DNA of 64,000 nucleotides from Rhodanobacteraceae bacterium (GTDB lineage Bacteria; Pseudomonadota; Gammaproteobacteria; Xanthomonadales; SZUA-5): NCBI GenBank assembly GCA_016713135.1, contig JADJPR010000006.1, positions 82,169 to 146,168 of the forward strand, read 5' to 3'. Shown piece by piece: positions 54,701 to 62,492 of this stretch (position 1 is its first letter; each line of letters starts with the position of its first letter). The notes under the pieces were generated by a model. It saw only the letters and a program-made list of their open reading frames with translations, ran no database searches and was not told where the DNA came from. The position numbers and the translations under genes were made by a program.

Positions 54701-57700
54701 GGCGGGTACGGATTTTCCATGGAGTACAGCGTGAATCTACGTGGTACCGGAAGCCATTCACCGGGACGTGCGGATTCTATGGAGTCCGTACTCGTAAAGT
54801 AGTACCCAGGATTGCTGCCCGTGTTGTCCGATACATCGCCCTCTCCGACTGCATGTGCTGCCCCACCTTGGTGCACAATCGCATGGGTAATGACAACGTC
54901 CCATTGGGAGCGGGCCGATTGACAAAAACGCAATGCGTCCAGATTGGTGGCGTTGTGGAGTATCAGGCGCTTTGGCGCAGCACCAGGGGTCGATACCGTA
55001 ACGTTCAGCTCAAGACCTGCCGCATTATGCGGCGCGACGTGGAATAAGTTGTCGCTTGCGCGAGTCTTGAAATCGATGTTGGTTCGCAAGCAGCTGTGCC
55101 CTGTCAACAGCGCCTCTCCCTCGGGGCAGTCGCCGGGGAGGAATGCACCACCAGGTGTTGCGCCGGCGTATGCGCTGGCTGGGCATTGAAAATCGACCAA
55201 GTCACGGATGATCGGGCTGAACTCGGTAGCCAAATGAATGGGAGCGTTGGCAATCCTGTTTCCAAATTCGTCGACTGCCATTAGCGACCAAGTGGCGTAG
55301 CCAACTCCGGCATGTGCTGCAACTACCTCAGTCCCATCCGGGTATCGGAAGACGGGTGGTCCGTACACTTCGATATGACGTACATCATCCGGACGCCCGA
55401 AAGCCTCATAGTCGGTTCCCGCGATAATGCCGTCAGGCGCATACCGCGACGCCGCGTTAACGCGCACTAGGTTGACCCCCATGAATTGCGGGTGCAGTTC
55501 TGGATCATCTGGGCGCTCAGACACGTAGCGCCCAGAGTTGATCTCCGTCCCTAGCCGAAGGCGTACCTCAGCCAAACCATGCCGGTCGCTGGTAAGTGTC
55601 ACTGACGAACCCGTGGAGCTTCCGCCGGTCAGACGGCCATCTCCAGCAACAACGGAAAAAGTCACGCTCGCTCCCACCACTGGGCGCCCGTTCGGATCCT
55701 CGATTCGGGCGCGCAGGGGTGTAGGTAGTTCGGTTACGACGGTGGCGATCTGCTGATCCGAATCGTCGAACAGGCGAATCTTCAGTACATCGGTGGGGTC
55801 GAGGTTGGGCGCCGCGCCGTATGGATCCGCGAAGAGCGCGCCCAGACTGGAGAGGAACCAGTCCGAAACGGGTAGCACGGTTACGCCGCCTGCCAGGCCT
55901 CCGCTCACGAAGTACCCCGCCGAGCCGTCGACCGCGGTGACCTGCCACACGGAACCACGCCATGCACCGACATCGAGCACGGTTGCGGGGATGCGGACGC
56001 GGTGGCCGATTTGCAGCCAGGCGGCCAGCGCCTGCTTTACGGGCTCCGGGTGTGCCAGCGACGGCAGCTGGGCGATCCCTGCGGCGCCCTCCAGTTGGAG
56101 CACCGTCGGCCCGGCCAGGTGCGCCCGCGCTAGCCCGCGGTCGGCCGAGATGGCCGGCACCGCCCACTGGTCCTCGAAAACGCGATGCTCGAGGTAGGAG
56201 CATTGCAGCGCCGCGAGCGTGAACCAGTGGTGTTCGTCGTCGGTGTGTCCACCGCGCGAGATCACATCGAGGTCACGCGCGGCGGCGTCGATCGCGACCG
56301 AATTGAAACTCAGCTGCAGCGGTACGCCATCGACACTCGCGATGTCCATCTGCGTCAGCGCGAGGGTGGTCGTCGGCAGCGGCTCGATCAGCCGCACACC
56401 GAGCAAGTCCGCCAGTTCGCCACTGTCCGCCCGACACTCGCTGGCGTAGCGGGAAGCCAGATTGCCGAGCACACGGGAAACAGCTGGCTCGGTGTCTTCG
56501 GTGACCGTGTCGTCCAGACCTTCTGGCGGCCGCGGCGCCCCCGAATCGATCAGGATGCTCGCCATCCCGCCGGATACCAGCGTTTGCTCGACCGTCCGCG
56601 CCTCTCCGGCCACCTCGGTAAGCACCAGCAGTCGCAGCTCCTTGGCGGCATCGACTGCCTCGCCGACGAATCGCACTTCGCCGCCGACACTCAACCTTGG
56701 ACGCAGGCGGAAAAGGTACGGCGGAACCTCGCTCAGTCCGCCGCCCAGGCTGTTCAGCAGGTTCTGATCGTCCGCTGTTGCCGGCTGGAACGAGACTGTC
56801 AGCCGCCGGGAAGACGCCTCGAGCACCGGGAGGTCAGCCACCAGGAGTTCGCGCGACTCGTCCCTTACGGTGACACGCACGGTCGCGGCCGTGCCAGGCG
56901 GCAGCTCGGCCGACTCCTGGCGCACGCCGACCACTGCGAAGGGCAGGCTCGCCGGCAACAATTCGAGGTCCGTGCCGCTCGGCCGGACCAGCGCCAACTG
57001 GTCTGCGTACGTTCCTGCGGCTGGATTCGAGGTCAGGTAGGGCTGGACCAGGGCGCGCAGTCGCTCGAGCGGAGACATGCCGGGATCGGTCGTCAGGAAC
57101 TCCGTGACCAGCGCATCCTGGTCGATTGCGGCGGCGGCCAGCACGCGGGTAGCCGCACGTGCCACATGCGGCTTCACGGCTGGCGCGAACGGCAGCCATA
57201 CCCGGCCCGTCTGGGTCGCTGCGCTGCCACGGTATTGCACAAAGGGAACGTGCGCGGATATCCAGGTCTGTTCGAACTCGACGCCCGTGACGACACCGCC
57301 CTCGACCACAGGCCGATGTGGTCGCAAGGCGCGATTGAGCGCTTCGAATACAGCCGCGTCGCCCTGGAGATTGAGGGTTGCCTCCAGCTCCGGCAGCGAC
57401 CACCGGCCCACGCCCTGAACGTAGCGTGCCGGCACGTTCGAGGCGCGCAACAAGGCGATCAGCAGGCTGGCCTGATCGACATCATTGCCCGCGCGTGCGC
57501 GCAGACAGCCCAACGCGCCCCGTTGGGAACCCGGATACCACTCGGTCCGAATGCTGCCGCGCACGAAGTCCAGGATGCGCGTGTACTCGTTACCCAGCTC
57601 AGCAGCCTTGGCGACGATTTCCGGGTGCAGGGGCGCGTCCAGACTGTCCTGCAGATCGCTGGCGACCGGTGGTGGCGCTGGCGCCTGCTGATAGCTCGGG

Positions 57701-58242
57701 ACGACACTTGCTCCACCCATCAGCAGTGGCGCGGCCGCCCAGTAGCCGCGCTGGAGGGGCAATGCAGTGCCCAGGATCGGGAAGCGAGGCGCGTCTGCAT
57801 CCTGCGGCGCCAACTTCGCTGGTGCAGCCAGGGCGTTGAGTACGCGGCCCCGAGCGTCGACCAGTCGCGCCTGGATCGTTGCCGGCAGCCCGGCCTGCTG
57901 CAGACGCTGCTGCCAGAGATCGAAGCGCTTCGACTCCAGCAGCGCGCGGACCCGCTGCGCACCGGGAACTCCCTGCGCGGAACGACCAACCCCGCCGGCT
58001 GGCAAGCGACTCTGCGTTGTCGCCTCGGGGCGATCCCGATGCCGCGCGTCCACGCCGCGCTGCAGGTCGATCAACCATTGCTCCGCCAGCAGGCTGTCCG
58101 CGGCAGGGCTGATTGCCGGAGCAGCCACCACGATCGGGGTGGCGACCGGACCAGAGACCGGCTGGCGCAGGCCCCACGCCGAAGCGCCCACCAGCAGGAA
58201 CAGGATCGCCCAGCGCGAGAACTTCGCATGCGGTGCGTTCAT
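47980..58242 (-). CDS. RHS/YD-repeat polymorphic toxin, 3,420 aa, with Sec-type signal, transglutaminase-like core, Big_1-like Ig domain, ~1,400-aa YD shell and a variable C-terminal toxin
   Basis: Signal: MNAPHAKFSRWAILFLLVGASAWG. Transglutaminase-like core: GALGCLRARAGNDVDQASLLIALLRASNVPARYVQG. Ig-like: RIEDPNGRPVVGASVTFSVVAGDGRL. Dozens of YD repeats (..YDALGR.., ..YDAAGRL..). The RHS core ends at ARQYRAGVGRFTSRDEW..LNSYLAFLGNPGALIDPDGR. Confidence 0.92.
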   Translation of the reverse strand: MNAPHAKFSRWAILFLLVGASAWGLRQPVSGPVATPIVVAAPAISPAADSLLAEQWLIDLQRGVDARHRDRPEATTQSRLPAGGVGRSAQGVPGAQRVRALLESKRFDLWQQRLQQAGLPATIQARLVDARGRVLNALAAPAKLAPQDADAPRFPILGTALPLQRGYWAAAPLLMGGASVVPSYQQAPAPPPVASDLQDSLDAPLHPEIVAKAAELGNEYTRILDFVRGSIRTEWYPGSQRGALGCLRARAGNDVDQASLLIALLRASNVPARYVQGVGRWSLPELEATLNLQGDAAVFEALNRALRPHRPVVEGGVVTGVEFEQTWISAHVPFVQYRGSAATQTGRVWLPFAPAVKPHVARAATRVLAAAAIDQDALVTEFLTTDPGMSPLERLRALVQPYLTSNPAAGTYADQLALVRPSGTDLELLPASLPFAVVGVRQESAELPPGTAATVRVTVRDESRELLVADLPVLEASSRRLTVSFQPATADDQNLLNSLGGGLSEVPPYLFRLRPRLSVGGEVRFVGEAVDAAKELRLLVLTEVAGEARTVEQTLVSGGMASILIDSGAPRPPEGLDDTVTEDTEPAVSRVLGNLASRYASECRADSGELADLLGVRLIEPLPTTTLALTQMDIASVDGVPLQLSFNSVAIDAAARDLDVISRGGHTDDEHHWFTLAALQCSYLEHRVFEDQWAVPAISADRGLARAHLAGPTVLQLEGAAGIAQLPSLAHPEPVKQALAAWLQIGHRVRIPATVLDVGAWRGSVWQVTAVDGSAGYFVSGGLAGGVTVLPVSDWFLSSLGALFADPYGAAPNLDPTDVLKIRLFDDSDQQIATVVTELPTPLRARIEDPNGRPVVGASVTFSVVAGDGRLTGGSSTGSSVTLTSDRHGLAEVRLRLGTEINSGRYVSERPDDPELHPQFMGVNLVRVNAASRYAPDGIIAGTDYEAFGRPDDVRHIEVYGPPVFRYPDGTEVVAAHAGVGYATWSLMAVDEFGNRIANAPIHLATEFSPIIRDLVDFQCPASAYAGATPGGAFLPGDCPEGEALLTGHSCLRTNIDFKTRASDNLFHVAPHNAAGLELNVTVSTPGAAPKRLILHNATNLDALRFCQSARSQWDVVITHAIVHQGGAAHAVGEGDVSDNTGSNPGYYFTSTDSIESARPGEWLPVPRRFTLYSMENPYPPQNDLLVTWVSRLPGPFYPGNYPSVTPDVIMTTSSGAIASPATWLGGGLFEYNVRMPPGPGKVEVGGRMQTPGNFVVRLDFSFPAVWSVLPRIAEVDPLPFALSAAGTVADDLSIRLLVAPPEYLGGDTVVEFEKSGEIIQRGIGPPILDTGTLMYSRGWTYDPAENYAIKFSINEGTPYRIESDRFPLTASDDVIVGVGLHSGQNGAVTNGEATALALRGTENAHMLRAINVSANDYCNRSGELVFLLARRARVRADFYRKDEHGNVSPLLSGTLINDEWFDAGLGRKEVLADNLPIGRFEVRVRATTESGVQEELRTTLTHQVDRRDHLGLGHTVIADVDLFDGQVTVSRQDLQLPGRGPELALQRTWSSQQGARIGSLGRGWSSNLNVELHLNACRPQLVGAQGAGTEFEAAGTEPDGSLRYRALHGYHGSLYQRPDGSYDVYAKDGTRYHFARGNGYLNPASNYRIVPVAFTEDPNGNRVTRSYRWLGGIPVTSALSGSGGRNLELEYELRPTGGDYEEPGIYPLLMRARAPGGFELLFAYDGNAQLTRVHRTDAPFDETYTYQDFGFVEGTDESWHRLGSRMLNVRDEVASRTRQSFTYELQWVHSPRGGGNIDVLPELRVVRHANALGQATRFEFQGLRGLGQAVNTVVTSPRSIDTNYRMNGFGGVDRVVDPIGTSQTEWNLEHRQPSRQVDREAVVTDFEYDEFGNVLRERRSGRGSPVEQRYTWKAPENFDLRILNRPASHTDFAGVGEIYQYDQRGNRVSRTRSGETESWTYGANGDVASWTDFEDAQTSYTYDSMGLLVRTVHADSAVSRQAFDARGRPLSRTDEVGRVETYTHDGLDRLTVTTFADGSQREVRYLDAEDVRREIDELGRVTVHQLDALGRAIKVTNALGDFREMDYDGNGNLTRERKFDGTETTHEYDLLDRRTRTTEPLGRVTERDYDRAGNLTEERVAVGPGVRTTRHQYDHPRYFRTQTARLLDSRELTTLEARDGEGRLTLLTDPLGRQTEIDYDGFGRETERSEPLGRVTQRNYDGMGRLTSELLQYPGVSALTRTWAYDTRGRETSATDRAGGQRTRTYDAAGQLLSLTDPSGRTTSYTYDARGRVVSETRPGDGRVRSVTYDAVGNVLTETRPSQSPIAHVYDDLNRRKRSTDALGSIEELDYDEEGRVVARRDALGAETTYDHDDLGRQIRETRPLAREWIRTWTLHDELASERNPRGFTTTHDYDALGRRISTIDPAGTQSWAWDDLGNQIRHTDRLQRATVFHYDALNRRTRQDDPAPLTTHQSWRYDALDRVIGETDRKGIETVLTLDGEGRELQRSRAGRDELQSYDAAGRRASHTDGQGRITTFVYDTAGRLQEERRPLGATVRYNYGTADQLLSSTDADGVTTTYTYDLRLRRITESNALAEVTHFEYDGRGLRTAIVKPASENHRWKFDYDAAGRLEKVTDPLQNETVYGYDPADNLTSMTNAREQVTGHTYDASNRLTRTEHPGGAEELFTPDAEGNREVWVRENDQRLEMEYDALNRLVETRRLPAAADGIDRVVRLYDGNGNLTRVEEYAGAGAPRLWTASYDAFNRRTDWTDRNGLSVHQRFDASDNRIERTGPEGSTSYTYNALDQLQGITPPAATATTATVSRAGRLSALDHANGTRTEVSRDAAGRVSQLRHALGAAALLTLGYTLDANGHRVAESWERGSERIEIAYELDLAERLKAVTTDGQRVEYTLDEVGNRTAESLPGNLLRTHHYDERDRLTETREDGQVVASYGHDAAGRQTSHTAAGITRTYQYDTQDRLLEVSEGGNPIVRYEVDAFGQRTLREAAGSTELYQFDGTRLAGITNALGTSLADYQHAYGWAISSREGSIRSTLHTDVHGTPQLITDGTAAIAGWTRTDVWGVEKASTGLQSRLGHTGYLKDPLLSDELYAQARQYRAGVGRFTSRDEWAGDNERPLTLNSYLAFLGNPGALIDPDGRCPTPMTDRDCFDAMAESIGADLSTREGLQQVGDLQVETAKMQLQGATLLAGGLIGRTLLGAGTRIVQAFRAGGWRYAATATMPEQILLAETAGTAVAVATGAELPPTPLSPVVQGTKAAGKALTSITTELEVGLGTKLADDVPVAPPNVLQSSSKPSVGVANNIKGTVCENVSDSASRRVGQMPIFRAQRRGGIDIALLERDGSTILRAKPNSQTGCSTTISRRLRQISGTIFLKSVIVWVLIVQFPAMKKIESDQYWITI

Positions 58243-61200
58243 GGTGCACGCTCCGCCGGCAGCTTGTGGGCTTTCCGCCCGGTATCTCGCTGCAGCCAGT
58301 CAATCACTCGCTGCAAGGTCTTTGCCGCGGTAGCGCAGGACTCCGACTCAAAGCCGCTGGTGCCTGAACTTCCCGCCGGCGTCTCGAACCCATCGGCAAA
58401 TCCTGGCCATGACGCGGTCCCATCGCGACAGACTGCGAGCGGCCCCAGGTTCCGCGCATTCCCGGCGCCATCGGTGGCACGGAACCAGAGTTGCCTGAGC
58501 CCAGGCGCAGGCGCCGGGAGCAAGCCATGCCATTCACCTTGCGCTGGACCCGGCGCGAGCGCGATCCAGGATCCATCATCAACCCTCGCGCTGACCGATT
58601 CGATGCCCGTCAGCGCGTCGCTCGCCTGAGCGCGAACGGGAATGGGATCGGGAACGGTGGCCCCGGCAACCGGCTCCAGCACGAGTAGTGTCGGCAGGAT
58701 CTCATCGCGGATGTCGGCCTCCGTCGCCGCGATCAGCGCAAATGCAGCATCCGGCTGGGTCAGGCGACGCCAGCTCAACTGCAAGCGCACGCGCGCCGCT
58801 GGCCACTCGGATGTGGGGTACGAGAACGGAAGCTCCACCGCCTGACCCTGGAGCAAGGGTCGACTCCACTCGAGTCGGGCTAAAAGCGCCTGGGACGTAC
58901 CGAGCACGTCGAGACGCAGTTCGTCGCCATGCGGGGAATCCGGAATCGTCGAGGTCACCGAAAGCATCCCCGCGAGCAATTGCCCGTGAGGCACACTGCC
59001 AGGATGCTGCAGGGCAGCTTCGACCGGCGCCGTATTGTTGGTCAGCCGCATCACCCGCACAGAACGGATCACGCTCAGGTTTCCAGCGCGATCGCGGGCA
59101 CGCAGTTCAAGCAGGTTCTCGCCCGGTGCCAGCCAGACGGCGCCAAAGCGCGCGACACCCTGAGCGTCGCTCACGGTCACCAATGGCGCCGGCTGATTCA
59201 GAAGTTCGACTTCGATGCCCGCCTCCGTCTGCGCCACCACCGGCAGGTAGCTCAGGGGCGTCGCCGAGTTCGCGGCCGGCTGCGTGATCAGCAGATCCGG
59301 CGGTGTCAGGTCGATGGTGAACCGCAGTTCGCGGTTTGCCTGGTTTCCCGCTCCGTCGGTGGCATTCGCACTCAGCATGTGCGCCCCCTCAGCGCTGATG
59401 AGGGTGCCCGATGCATGCGGGACACCATCGAGCAGCACTTCCGTGCCGGCAGGATGCGCATCGGTCACGGTCACCGTTGCGACCAGCGGCTGATTGCTCA
59501 ATTGGCCATCGACAATGCCGGTGATCTCGATGTCCGGAGGCGTCCCGTCGACGGTGACGGTCCGCGCCGGGTTTGGCTCGGTCCGCTCGTGACCGGTGGC
59601 ATCGCGCGCCCGCACTCGAATGCCATGCGCACCATCCGCAATCCCATCGAGTTGCGTGGCGTACCTTGGCGCCGGATCCGATGCCATTGCGACAGGCATC
59701 TGCTGATCGAACAGCAAATCGACGACGTCGATGCTGCTGTACAGGTCGGAGACTTGCGCTGCCACCGGGAAGCTCGCCGGCAACAATGCCCCGGCCTCGG
59801 GCTGCAACAGGGCGACCTCAGGGGGAGTCAGGTCGGCCAGCGCGATCACTTCCTGGGCCAGCACGGTCCAGACTCGCTGCCCACCTGCATCCGTCAGGTG
59901 GGCTTCCAGGACCAGCACGTAGTTGCCCAACGAGAGGGCGCCACTGGCGAACTGGTAAGTCTGCGGAGCAGACGCAGCGGGTGCGTAGTTCCGCGTCCAT
60001 TGGACCTGCGCCATGGTCTGGCAGCTGGCTTGTTCGACCAGAGACAACCGGGCCGGAATGTCATCGACCGGTGTGGCGCCCAGATAGTTGATCACGGCGG
60101 TGCCGGTCAGATCCGGTCCGGGCTGGCTCGCGGTGGTTGCCGGCTGAAGGTCGCCGTCGAACAGGCCCACCGTCGCCGAACTGCGGTGGACCGTGTGGGT
60201 CGTCGGAGGCGATGCGTTGCCCGCCGGATCCACCGCAGATGCTTGCATCAGATTGCTCCCCTCCGCCAGTGGAACGGCCGCGAAGCTGACGACGCCCGCG
60301 GTATCGGCGGTGGCTTGGGCGCTGAAGCCACCGAGTGTCAGGGTGACCGTTGCTGCGGGTTCCGTCGCCAGGACAACGGCCGTCGTGGTCGCGGAAATCA
60401 CGGCCCCGGCAGCCGGGAACGTGAATTGGAGTGCCGGAGGCGTGGTATCGATGACGAACCGGAGACTGCGTTGGCTCCGGTTGCCGGCTCGATCTGTCGC
60501 ACTGACGAACAACTGGCGACTGCCCTCCGAGGTCATCGGCGTGCCCGAGATGTATGGCTGTCCATCCAGCAACAGGATGGTCGCATCGAGGTTCGTATCG
60601 CTGACCTGGATGACGGGTACCACGGGCACCGCGTACAGACCGCCCTCGGCGACACCCTGGATGTCGATCTGCGGCGGCGTGCGGTCCACGATGACCGACC
60701 ACGGGACCGACACGCCGAGGTTGCCGAAGGCGTCGCGTGCCCGTGCCTGCAGGGCCAACGGGCCTTCGGGCGCATCGACCGGGAACCGGAACTCCCCAGG
60801 GAAACCGGTTCCGGGACTCATCGCCTGGAACGCACCGCCACCGATGCGCAGTTCCACCTGCGAGATGCTGCTGTGCGCATCCAGGACACGCACCGCTGCA
60901 TCAAATGATCCAGGAACGAAAGCGCCATTCACGGGACGGATCGGTGTGATCGTCGGGGGCGCAACATCCGAAACCAGCGCGGTCCGCACATCCAGCATCC
61001 GCGCCAGCGATCCGCCGGGCACTTCCAGCGTCAGCAGAATGGCGCCGATCGACATCCCGGAGGCAGAGACTTCAAGCGTACCGATGCGCGATTCACCGGC
61101 CGCGAGCGACCATGTGTAGGCGCTGCTGGCCAGTTCATTTCCAGTCGTCTGCCGGCGCGCACGCGCCCGGACCGGCAGGTCGGACAGTGCCACTGCGCCG

Positions 61201-62492
61201 GTGTTGCGCACCTCGAAATGAATCGTCGCCGCAGAGCCGGCGGGCAGCACGCTTTCCGGCAACTGCCAGGCGCCACCCACTGCGGTTGCACCACTCACCT
61301 GCACCAGTTGCACGGCCGCGCCGGCCTCCGCCAGCAGGCCGCCTGACCACACCTCGGAAATCAGGCTGTACGCGCCGGCAGGCAGTGTCCCGGACGCGAA
61401 CGAAACGGGATGCGCGCCATCGTATCCAACTGTCAGAACACCGAGTGCCCGGGTGTTCTCGGACATCGTCAGGCCGTTGGGTCCGATCAGTCGCGAGCGC
61501 AACTCGGCATTCTCGACAACCACGTTGCCCTGCACGTAGCGCAACCTGGCCTGCAGCTGGATGGGGGCGCCCAGTGTCACCGTTTGCTGACCCGGTTCCA
61601 GGGACAACCACAACAGCGACTCGGCGCGCACGTCGACGAGCGCATCGCGCGAACGAAGCAGCGTACCGGCTGCATCATGCAGTTCCGCGATCACGCGGTA
61701 GCGCCCCGCTGCAACCGTGCCAGGGGTCCAGTCGAAAGGCACGGTCAAGCTCGCTGTCGGGCCGTTCAGCTGAACGGCCTGTTGGTGCAGGAGGGCGACC
61801 AGATGCTGCTGGTCATCGAGCATTCGTAGTGTGAGGCGTCCAGTGAACGACGTCCCGTTCACGACTGTCACTGTGCCATGCAGGGTCTCCGTCGGTCCCA
61901 GCAGAGCGCGATCAACCGTGAGCGCCAGCTCGGGTAGCCCATCGGCATTCACCGTGAACGTGCGCGAGGCGCGATTGTTGGAAAAACTCGATTCCTGGAA
62001 GACGCGAGCAGGGTTCACCGCCACCGAAACGCCGTAGATGCCCGTTTCCGCCAGCGCTGGTGCTTGCCAGGCAACGACCGTCTCGGTCCCCGCCAGCAGC
62101 GGCGGCACAGCCACCGAAAGCGGTGGCATCGATTGACCTGCGGGCGTGGACATCTGCAGTGTCGCGGTGGCTGCCGCGCTCGATGCGCTGCCAATGTTGC
62201 GGATGCGCGCTCCGAAACGCGCGGCGGCTCCTGGCAAGCCTACATTGGGCTGCGCACTGAGGTCCTGGTTGCGGACCTGCAGATCCGGTAGTCCGTCGCC
62301 AGGTACCGTGATGGTGATCGGCAGGGCCGGCCCGCTGTCCAGCTGCCCCGGTGCCGATGCAATTGCGGCAAGGATGTTGTCGCCAAAGGCCAACTCGAAG
62401 GCAGGAAGCCGGAACACGCCTGGCGGCTGCACGATGTGCAGGTCGATGTCGGCCTGGATCGCCCATTCCTCGGTGGCCAGCGCGGCCATCAA
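58239..62492 (-). CDS. Large CARDB / bacterial Ig-like repeat protein (>=1,417 aa). The stop overlaps the RHS start (ATGA), and the N-terminus as listed is probably artificial.
   Basis: CARDB-like units are present (PDLQVRNQDLSAQPNVGLPGAAARFGARIRNIGS..). Ig-like units recur, each opening ..D.TPP.I.I (DRTPPQIDIQG, DTTPPALQF, DGTPPDIEITG, DLTPPDLLIT). The C-terminus contains FADGFE. The reading frame continues upstream once frameshifts are allowed. Confidence 0.8.
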   Translation of the reverse strand: MMAALATEEWAIQADIDLHIVQPPGVFRLPAFELAFGDNILAAIASAPGQLDSGPALPITITVPGDGLPDLQVRNQDLSAQPNVGLPGAAARFGARIRNIGSASSAAATATLQMSTPAGQSMPPLSVAVPPLLAGTETVVAWQAPALAETGIYGVSVAVNPARVFQESSFSNNRASRTFTVNADGLPELALTVDRALLGPTETLHGTVTVVNGTSFTGRLTLRMLDDQQHLVALLHQQAVQLNGPTASLTVPFDWTPGTVAAGRYRVIAELHDAAGTLLRSRDALVDVRAESLLWLSLEPGQQTVTLGAPIQLQARLRYVQGNVVVENAELRSRLIGPNGLTMSENTRALGVLTVGYDGAHPVSFASGTLPAGAYSLISEVWSGGLLAEAGAAVQLVQVSGATAVGGAWQLPESVLPAGSAATIHFEVRNTGAVALSDLPVRARARRQTTGNELASSAYTWSLAAGESRIGTLEVSASGMSIGAILLTLEVPGGSLARMLDVRTALVSDVAPPTITPIRPVNGAFVPGSFDAAVRVLDAHSSISQVELRIGGGAFQAMSPGTGFPGEFRFPVDAPEGPLALQARARDAFGNLGVSVPWSVIVDRTPPQIDIQGVAEGGLYAVPVVPVIQVSDTNLDATILLLDGQPYISGTPMTSEGSRQLFVSATDRAGNRSQRSLRFVIDTTPPALQFTFPAAGAVISATTTAVVLATEPAATVTLTLGGFSAQATADTAGVVSFAAVPLAEGSNLMQASAVDPAGNASPPTTHTVHRSSATVGLFDGDLQPATTASQPGPDLTGTAVINYLGATPVDDIPARLSLVEQASCQTMAQVQWTRNYAPAASAPQTYQFASGALSLGNYVLVLEAHLTDAGGQRVWTVLAQEVIALADLTPPEVALLQPEAGALLPASFPVAAQVSDLYSSIDVVDLLFDQQMPVAMASDPAPRYATQLDGIADGAHGIRVRARDATGHERTEPNPARTVTVDGTPPDIEITGIVDGQLSNQPLVATVTVTDAHPAGTEVLLDGVPHASGTLISAEGAHMLSANATDGAGNQANRELRFTIDLTPPDLLITQPAANSATPLSYLPVVAQTEAGIEVELLNQPAPLVTVSDAQGVARFGAVWLAPGENLLELRARDRAGNLSVIRSVRVMRLTNNTAPVEAALQHPGSVPHGQLLAGMLSVTSTIPDSPHGDELRLDVLGTSQALLARLEWSRPLLQGQAVELPFSYPTSEWPAARVRLQLSWRRLTQPDAAFALIAATEADIRDEILPTLLVLEPVAGATVPDPIPVRAQASDALTGIESVSARVDDGSWIALAPGPAQGEWHGLLPAPAPGLRQLWFRATDGAGNARNLGPLAVCRDGTASWPGFADGFETPAGSSGTSGFESESCATAAKTLQRVIDWLQRDTGRKAHKLPAERAP

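Noticed and set aside
47980-58242. PAAR/VgrG/T6SS or Tc-toxin (TcA/TcB) association of the RHS gene
   Set aside because: No PAAR-like N-terminus, VgrG, Hcp, adaptor, TcA/TcB or TpsB-like genes could be recognised anywhere in the window. This cannot be excluded beyond the right edge.
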